The notes: generated by a model from the sequence alone, not told the origin. A DNA stretch of 51,504 bases from Candidatus Woesearchaeota archaeon (GCA_043818535.1 JBDRFS010000033.1:1-51504); one strand, 5' to 3'; shown: positions 12,550 to 21,584, counted from the first letter of the stretch. Numbers and translations are program-made.

Positions 12550-12996
12550 TTAGCGGGAAGACTTTTTTTTGTCCCTGACAAGAGCAACCTTCCTTTCAGA
12601 GGATTCTAAGAAAATCATATTTCTTTTGTTTTCAGTAGCTTTTATTGTCTTCTTGAGCGGCACATAGATTGCAACCTTCTTAATCCTGGGAACAACTTTC
12701 CTTCCAGTCTTGCTTAGCTCTACTATCTCATGCCCTTCAAGCAGCTTTAAGTCCCTGTGCACTGCTTCCTTCTTCCTTCCACTCAAGTCAGCAAGCATCT
12801 GTATGCTTCTAGGTTTGGCAGACTCAATAAGGCTAATCAACTCCAGCCTTTTTTTTGTGAAAACTTCGCTTAGCACATTTGCATCAGGAAAAATCAATGC
12901 GTTATTTGGGATTCTGCCATTAATCATGTCAGCTATCAGGGTTTCGGCTTCTCTGTGCTTGTTCTTTAGATACTTCCTTAATCTTACTTTTTTCAT
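12550..12996 (-). CDS. Winged-helix DNA-binding protein (HVO_A0114/TumA-like antitoxin candidate)
   Basis: VFTKKRLELISLIESAKPRSIQMLADLSGRKKEAVHRDLKLLEGHEIVEL is a wHTH segment. There is a 4-nt overlap with the upstream 103-aa ORF. Confidence 0.5.
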   Translation of the reverse strand: MKKVRLRKYLKNKHREAETLIADMINGRIPNNALIFPDANVLSEVFTKKRLELISLIESAKPRSIQMLADLSGRKKEAVHRDLKLLEGHEIVELSKTGRKVVPRIKKVAIYVPLKKTIKATENKRNMIFLESSERKVALVRDKKKSSR

Positions 12997-13304
12997 CTTC
13001 TCCTCATGAAATACGTTTTGTATTTTTGGAAATTTTCTTTTATGAACTTGTAGTACTCAGCAACTATTGATGCTAAAGGGAATGATTCCTCATTTATTAA
13101 TGGTCTTGGTTTGCTGCTTATCCTAAATCTTTGCTCATGCAAAAAGCCGTGAAAGTTATCCCCTCTATACACAACCTCCCATTTCTTGTTGATAAGTGTC
13201 CTGTAGTTCAATGCAAACTTGACAATAATGCCTCCTTTTATTAGCATCATAACGTCCATTACATCCTCTTGGGAGAGATGCACGGAAAATTTTTCTAGTT
13301 TCAT
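12993..13304 (-). CDS. Small protein, TumE/DUF6516-like toxin candidate
   Basis: 103 aa. VVYRGDNFHGFLHEQ resembles the R-Y-D-N-x-x-H core I recall for DUF6516. It is translationally coupled to the wHTH gene. Confidence 0.35.
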   Translation of the reverse strand: MKLEKFSVHLSQEDVMDVMMLIKGGIIVKFALNYRTLINKKWEVVYRGDNFHGFLHEQRFRISSKPRPLINEESFPLASIVAEYYKFIKENFQKYKTYFMRRR

Positions 13305-13437
13305 TGTATGCCATATATTAACATCTTATGTTAACCCTTTATATAAGCCTTTCTTTTAATATTGAAAGGATTCTTCATAAAGCTTTCCAGAAAAAACAGG
13401 GTTTATTTTCGGAGTTTACGGAAACTTTCCGGAAATC

Positions 13438-15168
13438 TCATCTCCTCTTAAACATCTTCTCTATCTCAGAGTAAGAGAACTTTACTATAATAGGCCGCCC
13501 ATGCGGGCAAGTATAGGGCAATTCAGTGGCATCCAGTTCCTCTAACATCTTCTCCATCTGCGGAATCGAGACATAGTCCCCTGCCTTCACAGAAGCCCTG
13601 CAGGCCATGCGAATAATGATAGACTCCTGCATCTTCTCAAAAGAGCTCTTCCTAGAAGATATCTCAGAAATTATGTCCTTCACAAGCTCGTCAGGCAGCC
13701 CCTTCCCAAACACCATGGGCATAGCACCTATCCTGAACGTATTATCGCCAAAATGCTCGATGTCAAACCCCATGCCCCTTATCTTCTCAAGATTCTCTTT
13801 CAGAACCACTGCCTCAGCAGCCTTCAAAGGCATTAGCTTTGGTGTCAACAAGCCTTGCTTCTTAACCTTCTTGCCCATGAACTCAGCCATGAACCTTTCG
13901 TAAAGCACCCTCTCCCAAACTACATGCTGGTCAATAAGGGCCATCCCTTCAGGAGTCTCTGCAATGAAATAGGTCTTTCCAATACACCCAATAAGCTTCA
14001 TCTTCGGCAGCTTGGAGAACTTCCTGCTTTCAGACTTCTCCTTAGAGAAAAATGCCTGCTTATCCCGCAACAGCGGCCTTTCTTTCCTCTCAGGATAAGG
14101 TTTAGCAAGATCAGGCTTCTTAAGACTTAAAGGCTTTGAAAGAGCGCTTTGAGATTCAGCCGAATGCTCTGGAATAAGCTCATTCCCCTTCAAGGCATCC
14201 CTCAAGGCATTGAACACAACCTCATACACCAATGATGAACGCTCAATCTTTATCCTGTCCTTTGTAGGATGCACATTGACATCAACCTTGGAAGCATCCA
14301 GGCTTATCTCTAAAACAACTACAGGGTGCCTGTTAACAAAAAGCAAGGTATGATAGGCATCATAGATGGCATCTGCTATGGCCTCCTCCTTTACACATCT
14401 CCCATTTACGTAAATTGACTGGTAGCTCTTGTCCCCTTTCAATAAAGAAGGCTTGGAAATATATCCCTTTATCTTTACGCCCTTGCCTTCATGCTCAATC
14501 TTGATCATCTGCTTTGCAACATCCCCGCCATAAATTGCAGCGATGTTCTGCAGCATGTCTGAATTAGGAGGCGCTTCAACCAGCACATGCCCCTCATGCA
14601 CAAGGCTGAATGACAAATCAGAATACAGCAAGGCATAGTTCGTTACAACATCAATTATGTGCTTCAGCTCATTGCTGTCTGACTTCATGAACTTCAGCCT
14701 TGCAGGAGTGTTAAAAAACAAGTCTTTTACCTCAATAGTTGTCCCATGTGAGCATCCGACAGTATTGCTGTACGTTATCTTCCCTCCCTCAACCTCTATT
14801 GTGTAGCCCTTTACCCCGTTTTTCTCTTTAGTAGTTAACGTGAGCATGGAAACAGCTGCAATGCTCGCCAATGCCTCCCCCCTGAAACCCAGTGTTTTTA
14901 TTGCAAACAAGTCCTCTGCCTTCCTTATCTTGCTTGTGGAATGCCTCATTAATGCTAATTTGGCATCCTCCCCGCTCATGCCGGAGCCATTATCCTTCAC
15001 CTTTATGAGCTTCTTCCCAAACCCTTCCACTTCAACTTTAATCTCAGTAGCTCCTGCATCAATTGCGTTCTCAACCAATTCCTTCACAACAGAAGCAGGC
15101 CTTTCAACCACTTCCCCGGCTGCAATCTTGTTAACAAGCCTTTCATCCAATAGTATTATGTTTCCCAT
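13438..15168 (-). CDS. mutL: DNA mismatch repair protein MutL (endonuclease-type)
   Basis: N-terminal GHKL ATPase motifs (IAAGEVVERPASVVKELVENAIDAG, DNGSGM). C-terminal DQHVVWERVLYE (DQHA-x2-E-x4-E nicking motif) and CPHGRP. Confidence 0.92.
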   Translation of the reverse strand: MGNIILLDERLVNKIAAGEVVERPASVVKELVENAIDAGATEIKVEVEGFGKKLIKVKDNGSGMSGEDAKLALMRHSTSKIRKAEDLFAIKTLGFRGEALASIAAVSMLTLTTKEKNGVKGYTIEVEGGKITYSNTVGCSHGTTIEVKDLFFNTPARLKFMKSDSNELKHIIDVVTNYALLYSDLSFSLVHEGHVLVEAPPNSDMLQNIAAIYGGDVAKQMIKIEHEGKGVKIKGYISKPSLLKGDKSYQSIYVNGRCVKEEAIADAIYDAYHTLLFVNRHPVVVLEISLDASKVDVNVHPTKDRIKIERSSLVYEVVFNALRDALKGNELIPEHSAESQSALSKPLSLKKPDLAKPYPERKERPLLRDKQAFFSKEKSESRKFSKLPKMKLIGCIGKTYFIAETPEGMALIDQHVVWERVLYERFMAEFMGKKVKKQGLLTPKLMPLKAAEAVVLKENLEKIRGMGFDIEHFGDNTFRIGAMPMVFGKGLPDELVKDIISEISSRKSSFEKMQESIIIRMACRASVKAGDYVSIPQMEKMLEELDATELPYTCPHGRPIIVKFSYSEIEKMFKRR

Positions 15169-15171
15169 TTT

Positions 15172-17664
15172 TCACATCTCCAGTAAGGTCTTCTGCTCAA
15201 CCATCTTCTTTGCTTTCAGCTTCCTCATCATCTCGTCCTCTTCTTCCAGTTTCTTCTGGATTTCCCTTGCCCTGTCAATTACGTCCTTAGGCAATCCAGC
15301 CAGCTTCGCCACATGCACCCCATAACTCTTGTCAGTGCCCCCTTCAATCAGTTTCCTCAGGAATATTATATCTTCATTGGTGTCCATGACTGAAATGTTG
15401 TAGTTCTTCACCCTTTCAAACTCTTTCTCCAGCTTGTTCATCACATGGTAGTGCGTTGCAAACATTGTTTTGGCTTTCACCTTGTTGTAGATGTACTCAG
15501 TGATGCTCCATGCCAATGCCACGCCATCAAAAGTTGATGTCCCCCTCCCAATCTCATCCAGTATTATCAGGCTTCTTGAAGTGGCATTATTAAGGATATT
15601 GGCTGCCTCAATCATTTCCACCATAAAAGTTGACTGCCCCATTGTAAGGTCGTCATATGCTCCCACCCTAGTGAATATCCTGTCCACAATTCCAACTTCA
15701 GCTTCAGACGCTGCAACAAAGCATCCTAGTTGCGCCATCAGGACATTTAAGGCTGCCTGCCTCAGCACAGTGCTCTTGCCTGCCATGTTAGGTCCTGTGA
15801 TTATCATCACCTCATAATCCTGCAGGATGATGTCATTTGCTATGAATGATTTTTCTATGCATTCCACAACGGGGTGCCTCGACTCCATGAGCATTATTTT
15901 CTTGGAATCATTAACAATCGGCTTCACATAATTGTTCGAGCTTGCAACTGTTGCAAAGGAAAGCATCACATCCAGCCTTGCAATTTTCTTTGCTGCATCC
16001 TGAACCTTTTCTGTGTAAGAAGACGCTTCCCTGATAATCTCCTGGAATATGTTGTACTCCAGCTCCTGCAGCTTCTCCTCAGCCCCAAGGATAAGGGATT
16101 CCTGCTCTTTAAGTTCCTCTGTTATGAACCTTTCGCTATTTACAGTTGTCTGCTTCCTTATGTAAGATTCTGGAACCAGCTTCAGGTTGGACTTGCTCAC
16201 CTCTAGGTAATAGCCGAACACCCTGTTGAATCCTATCCTAAGGTTCTTTATCCCGGTTTTCTCCTTCTCCTTTGCCTCCAGCTTAGAGATGTAGCTGCGG
16301 CCATTGGTTTTTATTTCGTGCAGCTTTTTGAGCTCTTCATTGTATGAGGGCTTTATCATCCCCCCTTCCCTAATTGAAACAGGCGCATCGTCCCTTATTG
16401 CTGAATCCAGCTTCTCCACCAATTCAGCGAAATCCTCAAAATGGTAGAGCTCCCTTAACAGGTTTGGAAGGTTCTCTTCCAGAAGCTTGTTTACCACTGG
16501 CACTAATGTTTCAGTTATGAAAGGCAGATGCCTCAATGAAGATTTCAACGAGTTCAAGTCGCGGGCATTGGCACTGCCATAATTTACCCTTGAGATAAGC
16601 CTTTCAATGTCTGTGATGCCTTTCAGAAGCCCTGAAAGCTCTTCGTGCAGGATCCTGTTCTTTTTTAGTATTTCAACAGCATTCAGCCTTTTCCTTATTT
16701 CATCCACATCCAAGAGAGGCTCTTTTATCCATCTCCTTAGCAGCCTCGAACCCATTGATGTTACTGTCCTGTCAAGAACAGAAAGAAGAGAGCCCCTCCT
16801 GCTTCCGTCCCTTATGTTTCCTACTAGTTCCAGGTTCCTTATTGTTGAGGAATCCAGGACCATCTCGCTTGACTCGTGCACTAGAGATATCCTGCTTATG
16901 TGCTTCAACGCATTAAGCTGGGTCTCCTGGAGATAGCAAAGCAGTGCCCCGGAAGCCTGTACTGGCAATTCTTCGCTAATGCCGTAGCCTTCCATGTTAA
17001 GCACCTTGAAGTGCTGCGTGAGCCTTTTTAATGCTGTATCGTAGCGGAAGTGCCTGTCCTCGTATTTTGTGAGGAAAATCCCGCCTAGCTTAAGGCTTTT
17101 AATCAGCTCAGTGTTAACTGCTAATGTTATTGGAAGGATGCATTCTGCTGGGCAGAACCTTGTGATATCGTTCTGCAAGCATTCTATCTTTTTTGGATTG
17201 GTGGCTAGGAACTCTCCTGTAGAAACATCACATAATGAGATGGAGTATTCGTCTTCCTTTACTGCTATGGCCATTATGTAGTTGTTGCTCTTTTCATCTA
17301 GGATTGATTGTTCTATAACTGTCCCAGGAGTCACAACCCTGACAACATCCCTTTTCACCAGGCCTTTGGCCTTTTTTGGGTCTTCAACCTGTTCCACTAT
17401 CACGACCTTGTACCCTTTTTTCACTAGCTTTGCTAAATAAGGTTCTAAGGCATGGTATGGTATTCCGGCCAATGGTGCTTTCTTTTCCCCCTTCCCCCTT
17501 GAAGTAAGTGTGATATCTAATTCTTTGGCAGCTGTCTTTGCATCATCGTAGAACGTTTCATAGAAGTCTCCCATCCTGAATAGCACAATGCCATCTGGAT
17601 ATTTCTGCTTCACTTCATGGAACTGCTTCATTGCCGGAGTCAGGTTACTTGAATCTATCCCCAT
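15172..17664 (-). CDS. mutS: DNA mismatch repair protein MutS (MutS1 type)
   Basis: It has TPAMKQFHEVK, GDFYETF (the Phe-x-Glu mismatch-binding motif), Walker A TGPNMAGKST and DEIGRGTS. I place the start at the internal ATG (MGIDSS...), because the 30 upstream codons of the tracked ORF run through a TATA box and an interspersed repeat. Confidence 0.92.
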   Translation of the reverse strand: MGIDSSNLTPAMKQFHEVKQKYPDGIVLFRMGDFYETFYDDAKTAAKELDITLTSRGKGEKKAPLAGIPYHALEPYLAKLVKKGYKVVIVEQVEDPKKAKGLVKRDVVRVVTPGTVIEQSILDEKSNNYIMAIAVKEDEYSISLCDVSTGEFLATNPKKIECLQNDITRFCPAECILPITLAVNTELIKSLKLGGIFLTKYEDRHFRYDTALKRLTQHFKVLNMEGYGISEELPVQASGALLCYLQETQLNALKHISRISLVHESSEMVLDSSTIRNLELVGNIRDGSRRGSLLSVLDRTVTSMGSRLLRRWIKEPLLDVDEIRKRLNAVEILKKNRILHEELSGLLKGITDIERLISRVNYGSANARDLNSLKSSLRHLPFITETLVPVVNKLLEENLPNLLRELYHFEDFAELVEKLDSAIRDDAPVSIREGGMIKPSYNEELKKLHEIKTNGRSYISKLEAKEKEKTGIKNLRIGFNRVFGYYLEVSKSNLKLVPESYIRKQTTVNSERFITEELKEQESLILGAEEKLQELEYNIFQEIIREASSYTEKVQDAAKKIARLDVMLSFATVASSNNYVKPIVNDSKKIMLMESRHPVVECIEKSFIANDIILQDYEVMIITGPNMAGKSTVLRQAALNVLMAQLGCFVAASEAEVGIVDRIFTRVGAYDDLTMGQSTFMVEMIEAANILNNATSRSLIILDEIGRGTSTFDGVALAWSITEYIYNKVKAKTMFATHYHVMNKLEKEFERVKNYNISVMDTNEDIIFLRKLIEGGTDKSYGVHVAKLAGLPKDVIDRAREIQKKLEEEDEMMRKLKAKKMVEQKTLLEM

Positions 17665-17721
17665 TTTTCTTTCTTTATAATAAACGCGTGATTTATATAT
17701 TTTTGCCTGTGAGTATGCTGT

Positions 17722-17822
17722 ATTCTTTCTTTTCAATATATCAGAAGCAAGCAATGCGGCTGTTGTAAGTAAAGGTCGTCAAGGCTTTCTTTTGAAACAA
17801 AAGAAGCAGTGCAGGCTGCTGA
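17722..17822 (-). repeat. Two tandem interspersed elements, minus orientation (17722-17766 and 17781-17822)
   Basis: Reverse complements read cagcagcctgcactgcttcttttgtttcaaaagaaagcctt and acagccgcattgcttgcttctgatatattgaaaagaaagaat. Confidence 0.6.
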
Positions 17823-17886
17823 AATAATAGGGCGTGCTTAATTTTTCTCCAAAAAGCTTATAAGACTGGCTTTATTAGCTTTAAGG

Positions 17887-18870
17887 ATGGCTGAAGAATA
17901 CAATTGTGATAAGGAGATTATTGAGTATTGCAGCGAGTTGGCAAAAGAAGCCCACAAGGACATGACTCGTGATACTGGTGAGCCTTACTTCCTGCACCCG
18001 CAAGAGGTGGCATGCCTTGTTGACAAATTGCTATTGAAAACGAGGTTCAAGGAGGCTGGCGTGGCTGCTGCCTACCTGCATGATGTTGTTGAGGATGTTG
18101 AGGAATTCGATGTTTGCCATCCCCCAGGAGAAATTTTTAAGATGTTCCTTCCTTCAGATAAGACTTATATCAATAACTTGCTCTTGGCAGCAGGTGACAC
18201 CGGCAATAAGATATGTTACATACTTGATAAAGTAACTCTAAGGGACTCTACCTCTTATGCAGAATACATGGACAAGATCTTTTCTATGTTTCCTAGCAGG
18301 GGATACATGAGGTCCCTTGACATAATCTCACTGGTCCTTAAGTTTGCAGACCGGACAGTGAACTGCCTTCCAGGAGAGGTTCTCAACAAGAGGGTATTGC
18401 TGGCAGAGTACAGGAAGCTTGAGAATGCTAATGCGGCAGAATTAAGCAAGTTTTACAAGAAGAAGAAAGTTACAGACACATTCATTGCAAAGAATGGCAT
18501 ATGCTATGATGAAGAGCTCTACCTTTATGCAATGGATGACAAGTTTGAAAGCAAGAAAGTGGCTAATGCACTAGATAATGTTCTTTGCTATATCCCGGAA
18601 ATAGACAAGCTTCTTCTGCAGGACGATGTTGATAATATTGCTGGAGTTGGAGAAGATGAGATTTATGACAAGAAGAAGCTTGACGAGCTCGTTGACAAGT
18701 GCCTGTTCAACTCAATGAACATAATAGAGCAGGCAGACTTGAGTGATTCCCTTAAGCTTGTACATGTCCTTTACAAGACAGCTAACTACAGGGGTGTAAC
18801 TTCGACCTCGATGCAAAGGCTTAAGAAGCTGAGGCATAAGCTGAGGGAGAAGAAGGATGTGCCATCCTGA
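17887..18870 (+). CDS. RelA/SpoT-type HD-domain phosphohydrolase (small alarmone hydrolase-like) with an unknown C-terminal half
   Basis: GEPYFLHPQEVACLV ... AAAYLHDVVEDV matches the H...HD...D pattern of SpoT/Mesh1 hydrolase domains. About 130 extra C-terminal residues have no motif I recognise. Confidence 0.6.
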   Translation: MAEEYNCDKEIIEYCSELAKEAHKDMTRDTGEPYFLHPQEVACLVDKLLLKTRFKEAGVAAAYLHDVVEDVEEFDVCHPPGEIFKMFLPSDKTYINNLLLAAGDTGNKICYILDKVTLRDSTSYAEYMDKIFSMFPSRGYMRSLDIISLVLKFADRTVNCLPGEVLNKRVLLAEYRKLENANAAELSKFYKKKKVTDTFIAKNGICYDEELYLYAMDDKFESKKVANALDNVLCYIPEIDKLLLQDDVDNIAGVGEDEIYDKKKLDELVDKCLFNSMNIIEQADLSDSLKLVHVLYKTANYRGVTSTSMQRLKKLRHKLREKKDVPS

Positions 18871-18930
18871 AACTATTTCTTAAGGGCAGCTTAAGCCGTT
18901 CCATCTTTACTTGCAATTTTCCCAAACTTT

Positions 18931-18938
18931 TTTATATC
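18931..18938 (+). promoter_or_regulatory. TATA box for the HAD hydrolase gene (leaderless spacing)
   Basis: cccaaactttttTATATCcc ends 20 nt before the ATG at 18959. Confidence 0.45.
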
Positions 18939-18958
18939 CCTACTTATTAACTAATCTT

Positions 18959-19639
18959 ATGATCAAGGCAGTAATATTCGACTTGGACAACACCTTGTTG
19001 GACTTCTACAAGGTGAAACATCTCTCAATAGACGCAGCTACAAAGGCAATGATAGAGGCTGGCCTGGATTTGCCTGAAGAAGAGATAAAGAAAGGGATAT
19101 CAAAGATCTACGACAAGTGGGGGATAGAGTATGACTATGTTTTTGAGGAATACATGAAGGAGTTCTTTGGCAAGATAGATTGGAAGGTAGTGGCTAATGC
19201 AATAATCGCTTACAGGAGAGTTCGTGACAGCTTGATGCAGCCTTACTCAGGTGTATCATCCACTTTAATGAAGATGAAAAAGCAAGGTATGCAGTTGGCA
19301 ATAGTTTCAGATGCTCCCAGCTTAAGGGCGTGGCTTAGGCTTACTGTAATGAAACTGGATGACTTCTTTGACGTTGTGGTAGCTTATGATGACACTAAGC
19401 AGTATAAGCCTAGTGAGCTGCCATTTAAGGCGGCTTTGGAAAAACTGGGTGTGAAGCCAGAGGAAACTCTTATGGTTGGGGATAATATTGACAGGGACAT
19501 AATGGGTGCAAAGAAGCTTGGCATGAAAACTTGCTTTGCCAAGTACGGCCATATCAAAGGATGGAGCGGGAAGTCACAAGAGCACAATGCTGACTTTGAG
19601 GCAGAACAGTTCGAGGATATTCTTAATTTTGTAGTCTAA
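18959..19639 (+). CDS. HAD-superfamily hydrolase (subfamily IA-like)
   Basis: MIKAVIFDLDNTLLDF (DxDxT motif I), a VSDAPS-type motif II region and GDNIDRDIMGAKKLGM (motif IV). The start was moved to the ATG at 18959, downstream of the TATA box. Confidence 0.75.
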   Translation: MIKAVIFDLDNTLLDFYKVKHLSIDAATKAMIEAGLDLPEEEIKKGISKIYDKWGIEYDYVFEEYMKEFFGKIDWKVVANAIIAYRRVRDSLMQPYSGVSSTLMKMKKQGMQLAIVSDAPSLRAWLRLTVMKLDDFFDVVVAYDDTKQYKPSELPFKAALEKLGVKPEETLMVGDNIDRDIMGAKKLGMKTCFAKYGHIKGWSGKSQEHNADFEAEQFEDILNFVV

Positions 19640-20142
19640 TACCAGGTCAAATCAAATTCTGGAATTACTTCTTCTATGCTTATGGTACCTTCTCTTGTGC
19701 TTACATGCAGGTCATATGAGTCAACATCACTTCTCCCAACCTTTGCCCTAATCCTTTTCTTATCAATTCCAGATTTAGCAAGTATCTCCCGTATCTTAGA
19801 AGTGGTTTGATTAGCATTCTCTACGTATTTTTCATAAGTGTCACCCTCTTCATCAACCCTGCCTAGATATTCTCCCCTTGTTTCTATAACATTCCCCACT
19901 ACCGCAACTTTTAAGTTTGAAACAGAAGAGCACTCTTCCACTGCCTTCTTTACTGCCTCTTCAAGCGTTACTGTTGCATCAGGAATAAGGTGGCCGACAT
20001 AAGCAAACTTCTTTTCAGTGTCATAAATAGCAAAGCCTATGCATGGAGCAACACCTTCAACATGCGCATTATCCGGGCAATCAACTTTAGCATAATCCCC
20101 CATACCAACTACAATATCCTCGATGTGAAGCGGCTCTTTCAT
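19636..20142 (-). CDS. CheD-like protein (glutamine deamidase fold), orphan
   Basis: VGMGDYAK, GVAPCIGFAIYDTEKKFAYVGHLIP and the C-terminal ...GRSDVDSYDLHVSTREGTISIEE align by eye with Thermotoga CheD (IGIGEYAV, GLGSCVAVCMRDPVAKVGAMAHVMLP, ...RSVEYNIETGKLLV). The candidate catalytic Cys and His are conserved. Confidence 0.5.
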   Translation of the reverse strand: MKEPLHIEDIVVGMGDYAKVDCPDNAHVEGVAPCIGFAIYDTEKKFAYVGHLIPDATVTLEEAVKKAVEECSSVSNLKVAVVGNVIETRGEYLGRVDEEGDTYEKYVENANQTTSKIREILAKSGIDKKRIRAKVGRSDVDSYDLHVSTREGTISIEEVIPEFDLTWY

Positions 20143-20202
20143 AATCTCTTTTACCCCTATAGCTTCTTAATAAAGCTTTTTGTCTTGAAAACTGGCAATA
20201 CT

Positions 20203-20238
20203 CAAGAAGCCTGTGAAGAAAAGAAATGCGGCTGCTAA
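20203..20238 (-). repeat. Interspersed element, minus orientation, upstream of AsnRS
   Basis: Reverse complement reads tagcagccgcatttcttttcttcacaggcttctt. Confidence 0.55.
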
Positions 20239-20257
20239 AGTATTTAAGATAGCAACC

Positions 20258-20265
20258 TTTTTATA
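20258..20265 (+). promoter_or_regulatory. TATA box for the AsnRS gene
   Basis: gcaaccTTTTTATATttg ends about 23 nt before the ATG at 20289. Confidence 0.45.
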
Positions 20266-20288
20266 TTTGAAATGAAACCCTTAGTGCT

Positions 20289-21584
20289 ATGGCGTTCATA
20301 AAGATACAGGAAGCTATAGGAAAGTGTTCTGGAGAAATAGCCATAAGGGGCTGGGTATACAGGGAAAGGAAGCTTAAGGACAAAATCTTCATTGTTCTTC
20401 GTGATTCATCAAACATCCTGCAGTGCATAATAAAAAAAGAGGAAGTTTCTAATGAGGAATGGGATACAGCAGAAAAAATGCTTATCGAGAGCTCTGTGGA
20501 AATAGAGGGGAGCATAAAGGAAGACAGTAGGGCCCCAACAGGATATGAGGTGCATGTAACAAGGCTAACTTTAATTGGGGCTTCTGATGTCTTCCCAATT
20601 ACAAAGGACCAGAGCAAGGAGTTTCTGGCTGACAACAGGCATCTTTGGCTTAGGTCAAGAAAAATGACTGCTGTGCTAAAGATAAGGAGCACAATCTTTG
20701 GGGCGATACACGAGTACTTCAGAAGCAATGGATTCTATGAGTTCCAGTCTCCAATCTTCCAGTCCACCCAATGCGAAGGCGGCTCTACCTTGTTCCCTGT
20801 GAAATATTTTGGGGAAAAGCTGTACTTGACACAAACCTGGCAGCTGCAGGCCGAAGCAGGAATATTTGCCTTGGAGAACATATACTGCGTTGCCCCTTCT
20901 TTCCGTGCTGAAAAGTCAAAGACTTCCAGGCATCTGACTGAATACTGGCATGCTGAGATGGAGATCGTGTGGGACGGCTTTGACAAGCTGCAGGATTATG
21001 GCGAGGAATTGATAAAGTTCATAGTCAAGAAAGTTTTGGAAACTAACATAGGGGAGCTTGAAGTGCTTAAGAGGGATGTGGAGAAGCTGAAGATTACTTT
21101 AGAAAAGCCTTTCCCAAGGATGACTTACACTGAAGCATTAGATATTCTTAAGGAGAAATGCAGCATGGATGTTGTGTGGGGCAAGGATTTGAGAACAATT
21201 GAGGAAGATAAGATTATGGAGCATTATGACACCCCTATTATAGTAACCAATTATCCAAAGGAAGTAAAGGCTTTCTATATGAGAGAAGATCCTGAAGATC
21301 CTAAGGTTGTGTTGGGCTATGACATGCTTGCGCCTGAAGGCTATGGGGAGATAATTGGCGCTTCTGAAAGAGAGCCCGACATGGAAAATATTAAGGCAAG
21401 GCTCAGGGAGCAGGGTGAAGACCCAAAGAACTACGGATTCTACTTGGATACTAGGAAATATGGCAGTGTGCCGCATGCCGGGTTCGGGATGGGTGTTGAA
21501 AGGGTAGTTTCATGGATTTGCGGATTGGACAACATCAAGGATGCTATCGCCTTCCCTAGGACCATGACCAGGTATTATCCTTAA
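20289..21584 (+). CDS. asnS: Class IIb aminoacyl-tRNA synthetase, most likely asparaginyl-tRNA synthetase
   Basis: N-terminal OB fold (IRGWVYRERKLKDKIFIVLRD), motif 2 SFRAEKSKTSRHLTEYWHAEME and motif 3 GFGMGVERVV...AFPR. The AEKS-x-T-x-RHL-x-E-x-W pattern favours AsnRS over archaeal AspRS, but this needs an HMM or tree. Confidence 0.65.
   Translation: MAFIKIQEAIGKCSGEIAIRGWVYRERKLKDKIFIVLRDSSNILQCIIKKEEVSNEEWDTAEKMLIESSVEIEGSIKEDSRAPTGYEVHVTRLTLIGASDVFPITKDQSKEFLADNRHLWLRSRKMTAVLKIRSTIFGAIHEYFRSNGFYEFQSPIFQSTQCEGGSTLFPVKYFGEKLYLTQTWQLQAEAGIFALENIYCVAPSFRAEKSKTSRHLTEYWHAEMEIVWDGFDKLQDYGEELIKFIVKKVLETNIGELEVLKRDVEKLKITLEKPFPRMTYTEALDILKEKCSMDVVWGKDLRTIEEDKIMEHYDTPIIVTNYPKEVKAFYMREDPEDPKVVLGYDMLAPEGYGEIIGASEREPDMENIKARLREQGEDPKNYGFYLDTRKYGSVPHAGFGMGVERVVSWICGLDNIKDAIAFPRTMTRYYP

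Noticed and set aside
17665-17754. 30-codon N-terminal extension of the tracked MutS ORF (MLASDILKRKNTAYSQAKIYKSRVYYKERK).
   Set aside because: The extension covers a TATA-like box and a copy of the interspersed repeat. MutS homology begins right after the internal ATG at 17664.
18911-18958. Upstream extensions of tracked ORFs at non-ATG starts (18911 for HAD, 35835 for the permease, 30280 for P0, 21706 for rad50, 25187, 42384).
   Set aside because: In each case an in-frame ATG follows at the distance expected from a TATA box or SD sequence. The extension would include the promoter itself.
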